Assembly (NCBI GenBank): GCA_964621305.1
Contig: CAZUOM010000002.1
Location: 1 to 63,105 of the forward strand
DNA from: an uncultured Gammaproteobacteria bacterium
GTDB taxonomy: Bacteria; Patescibacteriota; Microgenomatia; UBA10105; UBA927
Direction: 5' to 3'
DNA length: 63,105 nt
Below the pieces are notes generated by a model that was given only the letters and a program-made list of their open reading frames with translations, made no database searches and was not told where the DNA came from. This document shows positions 1 through 11,455 of this stretch, piece after piece (position 1 is the stretch's first letter; each line of letters begins with the position of its first letter). The position numbers were made by a program, and so were the translations under genes.

Positions 1-1174
<1,174 letters not shown>

Positions 1175-1328
1175 GAGAACAGAGGAGTGTACCCTTTGGT
1201 ACACCCTAAAGAACCCAACGAAACGCTTGCTGTTCTTGGGTAATCTTCGATTACCCCTTCTGATGCAACTACTCTTTAAAAAATCTACCGACCAGGAATT
1301 GCACCTGAGTCGATAGTATTTATTAAAT

Positions 1329-1340
1329 TTTCAAAGAGCA
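1329..1340 (-). promoter_or_regulatory. boxA-like antitermination element in the tRNA-23S spacer
   Basis: TGCTCTTTGAAA versus the consensus TGCTCTTTAACA, directly downstream of tRNA-Ala. Confidence 0.55.
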
Positions 1341-1342
1341 AG

Positions 1343-1415
1343 TGGACCCGGGCGGAGTCGAACCGCCTACCTCTTCATTGCAAATGAAGCATTCAACCAG
1401 GTAAACTTCGGGCCC
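1343..1415 (-). tRNA. tRNA-Ala(TGC)
   Basis: Cloverleaf: acceptor GGGCCCG/CGGGTCC, anticodon arm CTTCA-TTTGCAA-TGAAG, T-loop TTCGACT; CCA not encoded. Confidence 0.93.
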
Positions 1416-1420
1416 GACTC

Positions 1421-1450
1421 GAAAAAATAACCCCGCCTTGATGCGGGGTT
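1421..1450 (-). terminator. Intrinsic terminator-like hairpin in the rRNA leader
   Basis: AACCCCGC-ATCAAG-GCGGGGTT followed by ATTTTTT on the minus strand. Confidence 0.6.
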
Positions 1451-1597
1451 GAAAACGACATAAAGAGAAGCTATTGCACACGCAGAAACTGCTTGATTGA
1501 AAAGAGTATGTGTGTCTCGTTGCTTCTCATGAAGAAATATTCCATCCGGAATATATATTCCGAACGAAATCGTCCACCTCGCATCAAAGGCAACTCT

Positions 1598-1626
1598 ATT
1601 TTATTCTGCTTTGCAAATCTTGTCAA
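1598..1626 (-). promoter_or_regulatory. Sigma70 promoter for the tRNA-Ala-23S transcript
   Basis: TTGACA-N17-TAAAAT. Confidence 0.72.
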
Positions 1627-1649
1627 TAGGGGCTGCAGGGGCTGCCGGC

Positions 1650-2636
1650 CTACCTAGCATACTCAACATAGTTCTCCGGTGTCGGCTGGCCGTAAGCGAC
1701 GTGGAAAATATTGTTTGGGATGTCAAAAATCACCGATCCGATCGTTTCCTCTCGACAAACCTTAGGATCATTACGGTCACTTAAGACTTGTTTTATATCT
1801 TCAGCTGTGTTTGTAGTTTCCAAAAGTTTTTCTACCTTCTTGTAGCGATCTTCTGACACGGTATTGCCCTTGTCAATGCGCTTAAGCTCGGTGACGTAGT
1901 GATTGGTGTGAACATATTTTGCTCGCTGGATTTTTTCGGTCATATATTCTCTTGCAGACGTTTCAATGTTCCATAACCGATCTCCTTGGACCAACAGATG
2001 ATTAAATCCGTTCCGTCTCGGAACTGTTTTTATTAGTTCTTCTGCTTCCTCAAGTGTTTTACAATCAATAATGGCTCGCGCAATAAACGCTTTAGGAACA
2101 CCACCGCGTGCATCTGTGTGAGACAACTCATTGACCGCCTCAACAAGTCCAAAGTGATTTATCGCAATCGAATCGCCGATGATTGTGTTGACAAAATCAT
2201 ATCCAAGGCCAAATATTTTTATCCCATCAACAGTTGCGTCCAAAAGATATAGATGCGCAAGTGCTTCTTTTTCCCAATCTTCATTATGGCCGACCAGATA
2301 ACCATCGTGATACGGAATGCCAATAATCGTGCAGTGGTCTGAACCAGTGGCTTCTTCAAAATAGGAAAGTTCATGACCGTTGGAAAGAAACAGCTCCTCT
2401 ATTGGGAGGCCAGCTCCATCTGCTAACCCTCGAAGTTCATCGACATACTGTGGAAAGTACTTGTTTGTTAGTTGCAGCAGCTCGTTTCCCTTGAATCGGA
2501 AACTAGTAAAGTAGTCAGGATATAAGGATTTATTTTTGTTAAACAAAGTCAATATTGCTTCCCGCATGGTCTCACCCACAGCGCGCCCCACCTCGTAATG
2601 AGTTCCGCTGGTGCGGACAATAGGAAATTCTTTCAT
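1650..2636 (-). CDS. C45-family Ntn hydrolase (acyl-CoA:6-APA acyltransferase-like peptidase)
   Basis: DH-C-T autoproteolytic nucleophile site, GHNED and HTNHY motifs. Confidence 0.75.
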   Translation of the reverse strand: MKEFPIVRTSGTHYEVGRAVGETMREAILTLFNKNKSLYPDYFTSFRFKGNELLQLTNKYFPQYVDELRGLADGAGLPIEELFLSNGHELSYFEEATGSDHCTIIGIPYHDGYLVGHNEDWEKEALAHLYLLDATVDGIKIFGLGYDFVNTIIGDSIAINHFGLVEAVNELSHTDARGGVPKAFIARAIIDCKTLEEAEELIKTVPRRNGFNHLLVQGDRLWNIETSAREYMTEKIQRAKYVHTNHYVTELKRIDKGNTVSEDRYKKVEKLLETTNTAEDIKQVLSDRNDPKVCREETIGSVIFDIPNNIFHVAYGQPTPENYVEYAR

Positions 2637-3397
2637 AATGTTTTCTTAAACCACGCAACAACTTCATTCAAAAATTCCTCACGGATTGCTCGCGGCACAT
2701 CAGTGATGCCGTGGCCGCCGTTTTTAAATATTTTCAGCTTCTTTTGCTTGGCCGCAACTGCATCAAAAAATCTTTTAACATCAACGGTATCGATTTTATC
2801 GTCTTGATCTCCATGAATAACCAACATTGGAGCCGTCAGTTTTTGAGCAATCACAAGAGGATCAAATACATCTATCGATGGCCAGAATTCCGGTCCAACA
2901 ATGGTCTTTTTTCCACTTGCCCGAGGCAATGCCGTGTCCCTGTCATAATAAATGGTCGCCCCTCTCCCCTGGAATTGTTTCCGAAACCGGGTCAACCAAT
3001 AGACGCCACTGGCAAAGGAAAGAGACTTAACGCCGAATAGGCTTGCTGATAACGTAGTGGGAGCGCCAAACGATGTCGCATGAATTCCAATCCTCTCTGT
3101 TATAACATTTTTATTTTGTTTGACCCATGTCAAAACCGACGCTAATTCTTTGGCTCTATGTGGCAGTGCAAGCTCCCTCCCTGTCCCCACTACGCTAAAG
3201 TTGAACTGGACGGTCAAAAAACCGGCCTCAACCAAACGCTTCGAAACTTCATCATTGGAATTTTTCCACTCATGGAGATCCATTCCAAATCCGGACACGA
3301 TCACCACTGCCGGAAACGGCCCATTGCCATCTGGCTTTCGTATGAGCGCCTCCAGCTTTTCTCCAAACCGGTTAGGAATCCAGACTGCTTCATTCAT
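2633..3397 (-). CDS. Alpha/beta hydrolase
   Basis: Nucleophile elbow ATSFG, acid in HGDQDD, His in GGHG. Confidence 0.85.
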   Translation of the reverse strand: MNEAVWIPNRFGEKLEALIRKPDGNGPFPAVVIVSGFGMDLHEWKNSNDEVSKRLVEAGFLTVQFNFSVVGTGRELALPHRAKELASVLTWVKQNKNVITERIGIHATSFGAPTTLSASLFGVKSLSFASGVYWLTRFRKQFQGRGATIYYDRDTALPRASGKKTIVGPEFWPSIDVFDPLVIAQKLTAPMLVIHGDQDDKIDTVDVKRFFDAVAAKQKKLKIFKNGGHGITDVPRAIREEFLNEVVAWFKKTL

Positions 3398-3798
3398 GGT
3401 TCGATGCGAAGCTTGGCATCCAATCGGTCGAAGTGTTTGTCAAACGAGAGAATACCGGCGTGCTCTTCCTTTGCCAGCGACCACGTAAGAAGATCAACAA
3501 AATCTATCGGCGAGTGCTTATAGACTTCCAGTGCTTCATTAACAGCTGTTTTTGAAAAAATCTCCAACCATGGCGGAGAGATAAATAACAGCAATTTATC
3601 CGCTGCAAACTCTTTTTTTTCTTTGTACCAATGCTCCAACAAAAATAATACCTCTACGAGGGTGGCGTGGGTGACGACTGCCCGTATTTTCCCATCCGCT
3701 ACGGATTCAAACCAACGGCGCACGCTCTCGGCTTGCCCAACAACATCATTCGTCAGATACCGTAAAATAACATTGGTATCAATAAATACACTACTCAT
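3394..3798 (-). CDS. vapC: PIN-domain (VapC) toxin
   Basis: FIDTNV, TLVE, DFVD and SFD acidic motifs; coupled to an upstream AbrB-type gene. Confidence 0.9.
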   Translation of the reverse strand: MSSVFIDTNVILRYLTNDVVGQAESVRRWFESVADGKIRAVVTHATLVEVLFLLEHWYKEKKEFAADKLLLFISPPWLEIFSKTAVNEALEVYKHSPIDFVDLLTWSLAKEEHAGILSFDKHFDRLDAKLRIEP

Positions 3799-4040
3799 GA
3801 ATTCATCCGACGCGTGCCCAAGTAGCGAATAAACGATTGTCTCATGGCACGAATATTCATCTTCTTTTTAGTTTTCACCGAACCCAAGAGAGAAAAGAAA
3901 TCGGCCGCAGGTTTTATTCTTGCGCCGTCCGTATCTTTGGTAATAATTACGCGCTGCCTGGGCTGCAGCCCGAGCGCCGCCCGGATCGAAGCCGGTATTG
4001 TTATCTGCCCCTTCTGTGTAATGGTAGAATATCCGATCAT
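3795..4040 (-). CDS. AbrB/MazE/SpoVT-type antitoxin
   Basis: STITQKGQITIPASIRAALGL motif. Confidence 0.9.
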   Translation of the reverse strand: MIGYSTITQKGQITIPASIRAALGLQPRQRVIITKDTDGARIKPAADFFSLLGSVKTKKKMNIRAMRQSFIRYLGTRRMNS

Positions 4041-4049
4041 AGTATTACT

Positions 4050-4078
4050 ACTATACGAAATGTATTACATTCTGTCAA
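4050..4078 (-). promoter_or_regulatory. vapBC promoter with palindromic operator
   Basis: TTGACA-N17-TATAGT; AATGTA-N-TACATT palindrome at 4059-4071 within the spacer. Confidence 0.7.
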
Positions 4079-4089
4079 TAGGTATTACC

Positions 4090-4730
4090 TTATGGTTTTC
4101 TGGAAAAACTTGATATCCACCAAAGATCGCGGTGGTCTGGTCGGCGATCTTTTTTGTTGTGCGTATACTGTTCGACACGTGCAAATCCGGCGTCTTCTAA
4201 TAGATTTTTAAGCCCATTCTGTTCAAAATAGGTAAAATGCCGCGATAAATGAGATGGCAATTCTTCGGCAACATCCGCCTCACCCATCCCCGCTTTCACC
4301 ATAATGAAAAGAACACCATTGGGTTTCAGGAGTTGGAAAAACCTTCGAAGTACCATTGGCACTTCGGATCGTTTCAAATGAAGTAGCGATGCGCAGGCCC
4401 AGACTCCATCAAAAGTTCCTTTTTGAAAAGGCAAGGCGCGCAAATCGACAAGTACGAATCGGGGGTTTTGACCATCTTTCAGTTTCGTTTTGGCTATATC
4501 GAGTAACTTTTCTGATAGATCTACTCCGACTACATCAAGCCCTTTTGATACAAAATAAAAACTGTCTCGACCGGCGGCGCAGCCTACGTCAAGTATTTTA
4601 GCGCCTTTTTGGAAGAAATTGTCAAACTTATCTCTCTCTAGAGTCGGAACATACGAGTCGATCTGTTGTGCATAGGTGGTCGCTATTGCGTCGTACACGG
4701 CAATCGTTTTTTTATGTGGTCATCGCCCAT
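4090..4730 (-). CDS. Class I SAM-dependent methyltransferase; 5' end frameshifted at an A7 tract (4707-4713)
   Basis: LDVGCAAG motif I. ATG 4730 has TATACT 6 nt upstream, and one extra A gives MGDDHIKKTIAVYDAIA. Confidence 0.85.
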
Positions 4731-4790
4731 GCCCGTAGTATAGCGAAAATCGTAATTGCAAACCCAAGGTATGTTGATATACTTAGCATA

Positions 4791-5129
4791 ATGATCGTCA
4801 CATCTACATTGCCATTTACACCAGAACAGATTGCACAAGTCAAAGAACGATTTGGTATATACGTAAAAACGGTCATCGATATAGAGAAAAAAATTTGCTG
4901 CGCGGGCATGGATAGGCATTTTGAGGGTGAGGCATTACTCCTTGAATCGGGATCACGTCAATCAAATATTTGGGGAGGTGGAATCGATATGGAAACAAAA
5001 GAAATTGACTTTAACTCATTCATCAATATCCGACCGCAAGACAACAATCTCAAAAATGAAATCCAAAGTGAGAAAACGAAAAAAACATATACCGAATTGA
5101 CAAAGTATTTCTTTAAACTCGTCTTATGA
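4791..5129 (+). CDS. DUF5674-like protein
   Basis: KTVIDI...H...LLESGSRQSNIWGGG...NSFINIRP pattern recalled for this family; TATACT 7 nt before ATG 4791. Confidence 0.7.
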   Translation: MIVTSTLPFTPEQIAQVKERFGIYVKTVIDIEKKICCAGMDRHFEGEALLLESGSRQSNIWGGGIDMETKEIDFNSFINIRPQDNNLKNEIQSEKTKKTYTELTKYFFKLVL

Positions 5130-5401
5130 CAGAAACAAAAATACTCATCGGATCACTTTCAAACGATCTGGCCCGGGTGGCGACGATGATCTATAGAAAA
5201 TCGTCCGGTGCAGAAATATTTTTCCGAGAGATGTTTCGATGGGTCAATAAACTCGATACCAACTCAGTCAAACCATATATTCAAACAATTCTTTCTGATA
5301 TTAAATCCCACGAGAAATATCCACAACTCTCCCATGAACGTGCAGAGACGTACCTGATGTACAGTACAATTCTTCAAAATTACAGTCTCCACATGGAATA
5401 A
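5126..5401 (+). CDS. Small helical hypothetical protein coupled to the DUF5674-like gene
   Basis: ATGA overlap, 91 aa. Confidence 0.7.
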   Translation: MTETKILIGSLSNDLARVATMIYRKSSGAEIFFREMFRWVNKLDTNSVKPYIQTILSDIKSHEKYPQLSHERAETYLMYSTILQNYSLHME

Positions 5402-5425
5402 CGTCTAACGAAGAGTGAAGTTATT

Positions 5426-7066
<1,641 letters not shown>

Positions 7067-7396
7067 TTAATCTACGATTGCCAGAATATCTTTTTGTTCC
7101 ACGATTGTCCATTCTTCGCCGTTGACCTTAACTTCATTGCCACCCCATTTTTTGTACATTACGCGGTCACCAACGTTGACGACCATTTTTCCATCAGAGC
7201 AGCAATCTTTTTCTCCGTCACCGCACTGACAATCATGGCACCCTCCTTTGCCCGGACCGACGGCCATCACGAGTCCAACCTGAGGCTTTTCCTTAACGCT
7301 ATCCGGAAGAACAATGCCCGACGGAAGCACGTCTTCGGCAGCAAGCGGCTTAATCAAAACGTTATCAAACAATGGTTTATAGTTAACTTTTGCCAT
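7067..7396 (-). CDS. groS: Co-chaperonin GroES with a Cys-rich insertion
   Basis: PLFDNVLIKP, SGIVLPDSVKEKP, VGDRVMY; directly upstream of groL. Confidence 0.97.
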   Translation of the reverse strand: MAKVNYKPLFDNVLIKPLAAEDVLPSGIVLPDSVKEKPQVGLVMAVGPGKGGCHDCQCGDGEKDCCSDGKMVVNVGDRVMYKKWGGNEVKVNGEEWTIVEQKDILAIVD

Positions 7397-7404
7397 AGAA
7401 AAAA

Positions 7405-7458
7405 TTGGCAGTCTCTATAAGTGACCGCTATTCTAGCGGCCATAAAAAATCTTGTCAA
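7405..7458 (-). promoter_or_regulatory. groESL promoter plus CIRCE-like (HrcA) operator
   Basis: TTGACA-N17-TAGAAT (7430-7458); ATAGCGGTC-N9-GACTGCCAA (7405-7431), a degenerate TTAGCACTC-N9-GAGTGCTAA. Confidence 0.65.
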
Positions 7459-8338
7459 GTGGTATTTTATGTCGTACTAAACGGGCTGCCAATTTGCTCC
7501 GAATCCACTCCCGTGCATCAACCGGATGAAAACGGATAAGGCTGTCGTTAACTACTTCTGTAGAACGGCGTTTGTTCATGTACCATAATTGAATAGCTCG
7601 GACTGGAAACTCAATAATGCTAAGTGCTAAATGCCAAATGCTAAATATTTTCTTTGATTTTTTTATTGACCATTTATCATTTATCACTTGGCATTTTGCT
7701 ATCCACGCATTGGGTAAAAAAGACTTAACCCACCTGTTGGCTTTCAAAAATCTCCAATACGTTCCTCCACTCTCCCATAACGGAATCATCTGCAAAACCT
7801 CATGAGCGGTAAATAAATCTTGCTCTCTTCTGGGTACGACCATGTGGGATTCGTCCACGTACATATTCAGACAAATTTTATTACAAAAAGAGACGTCCCC
7901 GGGCTTCCTGCGTAATCCGAGTATTTCAAGAATAATCGTTGTCAAAAATCGAGCGCTCCACAAAGTTCCGGCCGCGGCAACCACATAGAAATCAATATCA
8001 TCATCGCGACGTGTATTTTGCATCGCAAGGGCACCGGTAACACCAACGAGCTTGATGGTAGGAATAAACTTAAGAATATTTGCTGCCTGTGCCGCAATTC
8101 GCATTTTCCGCTTTGCCCATTTCTCCCGTTGTTTTCGTATCGCTACAATTCTTCGCCTCCCCTCAAGAAATAAACGCCCATCCAGTGAGTTAACTCCTTG
8201 TATTTTTTTTAACTTTGAACTTTTAACTTTTAACTTTGAACTTTTTATAATCCATTTCTCCAACTCTTGTTCCGTCAACGGATAATCGAATACGTCAGCA
8301 TAGGCCAACGTCGCAAAAACTGTGTCACGAAGCGTCAT
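7433..8338 (-). CDS. Hypothetical protein with a pol-beta-like nucleotidyltransferase motif
   Basis: VGVTGALA...DDDIDFYVV (G-[S/A]...DxD); carries two micro-repeat inserts. Confidence 0.6.
   Translation of the reverse strand: MTLRDTVFATLAYADVFDYPLTEQELEKWIIKSSKLKVKSSKLKKIQGVNSLDGRLFLEGRRRIVAIRKQREKWAKRKMRIAAQAANILKFIPTIKLVGVTGALAMQNTRRDDDIDFYVVAAAGTLWSARFLTTIILEILGLRRKPGDVSFCNKICLNMYVDESHMVVPRREQDLFTAHEVLQMIPLWESGGTYWRFLKANRWVKSFLPNAWIAKCQVINDKWSIKKSKKIFSIWHLALSIIEFPVRAIQLWYMNKRRSTEVVNDSLIRFHPVDAREWIRSKLAARLVRHKIPLDKIFYGR
7622..7697. repeat. Inverted pair of 7-nt tandem micro-repeats inside a CDS
   Basis: Minus strand AAATGCC AAGTGAT AAATGAT AAATGGT ... ATTTAGC ATTTGGC ATTTAGC. Confidence 0.7.
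8210..8244. repeat. (T/G)AACTTT x5 in-frame micro-repeat
   Basis: Five 7-mers encoding SSKLKVKSSKL. Confidence 0.85.
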
Positions 8339-8344
8339 TGAAAA

Positions 8345-9946
8345 CTAATGTTCGGCAGGTACAGAAGTAGATACTAGGCCGTATTGCGACAAAATTTGTT
8401 GAAATCCAGAAGCCAATGTTTGAAGCACAGCAGAAGGAGCGGAACCGGCAATTGTTCCGTTGACAGCGTCCTCCAAATATTTGATAAGCTTATCATTGAG
8501 TCCATTGTCAAAGGTACGAGATGCCAACGGGAAGGTTCTTGCGTTTTTTGCCTGCGCAATATACGCACCAACGTACGGATCTTCTAGCATAGTGTTGCCA
8601 AGCTCAACCCGTGCATAAGGCTCACCGAATAACCGAGTCTTAGATGCTTCAGTGTACAGTTTTATCGCTCCCTCTTTACTTGTTAAATACTTGACGAATT
8701 CCCAAGCGGCTTCAGGTTCTCTACTTTTACTGGAGACTCCCTCCACCCAAAACGAAGCCCACGTAACTGTCGTCCCTGGCAATTGCGGTATCGGTGAGAT
8801 ATGAAAACGAAGTTTTGGGTTAATCTCTCGAATATCAAGCGCGCGCCAGGAGGGGGCTAGTATCATTGCAACTTTCTCCGTAGCAAATGCATACACAGAA
8901 TTATCAAGCGTGTCGTTCCAGGTATAGACTGGATCCGATGGGGTTGCAAATTTGCGATAAAATATTAGCGTTTCTTCTGCTTCTTTTCCCGTTGGTTTTG
9001 CTAAATTTGCTCCATTCTGAAGCATCATAACGGCAAGTATGTCACTAGCAGCTTCTATATTCCCCCACGTGCCGAGCGAAATGGCGGAGGTTGTAATGAT
9101 ATCAGCATTTTTTACTGTCAGTTGAGGAACAATAGACAACACATCTTCCCATGTCGTAGGTACTTTTACACCGGCAGCAGCAAAAAGATCATCGTTAGTA
9201 TAGAGTCCTAACCCATCAATTTCTATCGGGATTCCGTAGATAGACGAACCGGCCATCAGGCTGTCAGCAACTATCGGGTAAAAAGATTTGGAAAAATCCT
9301 CCGCCGTCGTGACCGTTTTAGGAACAAGCGATAGCTCATTTTTGAGCATAGGCACCCACGTGTTGTGAAAACGAAAAACGTCAGGCCCATCCCCCCTGGC
9401 TATGGATGCCTGGAGGCGCTCCCGAAATTGTTTAGGGGATTGCTTGACGTAGTCAACCTTTATTTTCGGATGCGCCGACTCAAATGCGGCGATGACTGGC
9501 TGTATTATGCTTTCGTTTTCCCACAGCCCCCAATAAGATATGGTCACTTCCTTTGCTCCGGATAACAATCCCAACACAAAACGGGCACCGGCAAATACTG
9601 CCCCTGCCAAAAGTAAAAACACAACAATCATGAGGAGTCGCCTGACCAAAAAACTGCGCTCATGAGGAGAAGCTGGAGAAGAAACCTGCGGACCTCCTTG
9701 CGGGATAAATGGATTCTCTTTAGCGGATAAACCCGTCTGCGGAGCTGGTAGAACGGTCTCCGCCGCTGGAACGATATAAGTATCTTGTGGAGGAGGCGCT
9801 GGGGGCTCTTGGACTACCTGAGGCAAATCAATCGTCATGCCGGAAAGCGGAGATTGGGGCGCTAGAGGCGGAGGCGAAGCTCCGTTCGAAGAACCTACCT
9901 CTTCTTGAATAGGAAAATTTTGCTGGGGGCGATTTTGATCGTCCAT
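8345..9946 (-). CDS. Extracellular solute-binding protein (family 1, sugar-type) with Pro-rich N-terminus and TM anchor
   Basis: ISYWGLWE, GDGPDVF, LYTNDDLFAAAG and FATEKVAM motifs; probable start MDDQ at 9946. Confidence 0.85.
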   Translation of the reverse strand: MDDQNRPQQNFPIQEEVGSSNGASPPPLAPQSPLSGMTIDLPQVVQEPPAPPPQDTYIVPAAETVLPAPQTGLSAKENPFIPQGGPQVSSPASPHERSFLVRRLLMIVVFLLLAGAVFAGARFVLGLLSGAKEVTISYWGLWENESIIQPVIAAFESAHPKIKVDYVKQSPKQFRERLQASIARGDGPDVFRFHNTWVPMLKNELSLVPKTVTTAEDFSKSFYPIVADSLMAGSSIYGIPIEIDGLGLYTNDDLFAAAGVKVPTTWEDVLSIVPQLTVKNADIITTSAISLGTWGNIEAASDILAVMMLQNGANLAKPTGKEAEETLIFYRKFATPSDPVYTWNDTLDNSVYAFATEKVAMILAPSWRALDIREINPKLRFHISPIPQLPGTTVTWASFWVEGVSSKSREPEAAWEFVKYLTSKEGAIKLYTEASKTRLFGEPYARVELGNTMLEDPYVGAYIAQAKNARTFPLASRTFDNGLNDKLIKYLEDAVNGTIAGSAPSAVLQTLASGFQQILSQYGLVSTSVPAEH

Positions 9947-10063
9947 AAAAAAGGAATGTATACCCATCTTACTCAGGTTTGTAGCCCGTTAGGGCAAAAA
10001 AGCTGATTAGATGGGTATATACCGGAACAACCCTAAGTTGTTTCAGTATATAATCATCATAGC

Positions 10064-11455
10064 ATGCCAAACAAAGCACACAAGAAGATCATTGCCGATG
10101 CCATCATCGGACTCTTCAGCGGATGGCTACTACTGGTAGCGTTGATCGCCATTGGCTTGCAAGTTTTTGAACAAAAATATCGCAATCGCGTCTATCCTAA
10201 CGTCGCGGTGGCAGGCCTAACCGTAAGTGGAAAAACCAAAGAGGAAGTGACCAGTTTCTGGTTATCCAAAAACGCACCGTTTACCGAGGCCGTATTTACC
10301 TTTAGCTTTCACAACCAGACTGCAACCGTTTCCGGAGCCCAGCTTAATGCCGGCTACGATGCCACGCTTTCTGCCACCCAGGCCATGGCCGTGGGAAGAT
10401 CAGGTCATTTTTTCGCAGATTTTTATGCCAAGTTTGCTCCGTCGGTGACGAACCTTTCTCCGCTGTTTCGCTGGGACGAAGAAACGCTCGACGACATCCT
10501 CAAGACGCTATCCCAATATATCGATATTCCCGTACAGGATGCGCTCTTTACCTTTGCCAACGGCCGGGTGACCGCGTTTCGGCCTTCACGAGAAGGAAGA
10601 CACGCAAATATCCCTGCGGTCAAAGAAAAATTCCGCGAATCTCTCACCGCGATTTCTGCCGACAAAAATATTCATATCCCCATTTCCGTTACCATCGACA
10701 TACCGACGTTTACCACTGATAGGGTCAACAGTTTTGGCATTAAAGAACTCGTAGGAAGGGGTTATTCTGAGTTTGCACACTCGATCCCCGGCCGCATTCA
10801 CAACGTGACGCTGGCTGCCGCAAAAATCAATGGAATCCTGATTAAACCCGGCGATACTTTCTCTTTTAACGAAGCGCTTGGCGACGTATCTGCTCTGACC
10901 GGCTTTCAGCCGGCCTACATAATTAAAGAGGGAAAAACCGTGCTCGGAGACGGAGGCGGCGTGTGCCAGGTCTCCACAACCTTGTTTCGGGCTGCCCTTG
11001 CCGCCGGACTCCCTATCGCCGAGCGGCGAGCGCACGCCTACCGCGTGTCTTACTACGAGCAGGCCGGGTTTAAAGCCGGCCTGGACGCAACGGTGTTTGC
11101 TCCTTCCGTTGATCTCAAAATCAAAAACAATACACCTGCATATATCCTCATCCAGACCAAAACCGATACAAAAAACCTAACTCTTACAATTGAACTCTAC
11201 GGCACCGGCGACGGCAGAAGTGCACAGATTAGTGACCACCGAGTCTGGGCCGAAACCGCGCCTCCGCCGCCTTTATACCAAGATGATCCGACGCTTAAAG
11301 CTGGTGTGATCAAACAAGTTGACTTTGCCGCCTGGGGGGCGAAAGCAAGCTTCCGCTACCGCGTAACGCGGGGAGGCGAAGTCCTTGAGGATACTGATTT
11401 TTTCTCTAACTTCCGACCATGGCAGGCAGTATACTTGGGAGGCACAGCACAATGA
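10064..11455 (+). CDS. VanW-family protein (membrane anchored)
   Basis: RIHNV..AA.KING.LI.PG.TFSFN, GGGVCQVSTTLF, GLDATV. Confidence 0.9.
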   Translation: MPNKAHKKIIADAIIGLFSGWLLLVALIAIGLQVFEQKYRNRVYPNVAVAGLTVSGKTKEEVTSFWLSKNAPFTEAVFTFSFHNQTATVSGAQLNAGYDATLSATQAMAVGRSGHFFADFYAKFAPSVTNLSPLFRWDEETLDDILKTLSQYIDIPVQDALFTFANGRVTAFRPSREGRHANIPAVKEKFRESLTAISADKNIHIPISVTIDIPTFTTDRVNSFGIKELVGRGYSEFAHSIPGRIHNVTLAAAKINGILIKPGDTFSFNEALGDVSALTGFQPAYIIKEGKTVLGDGGGVCQVSTTLFRAALAAGLPIAERRAHAYRVSYYEQAGFKAGLDATVFAPSVDLKIKNNTPAYILIQTKTDTKNLTLTIELYGTGDGRSAQISDHRVWAETAPPPPLYQDDPTLKAGVIKQVDFAAWGAKASFRYRVTRGGEVLEDTDFFSNFRPWQAVYLGGTAQ

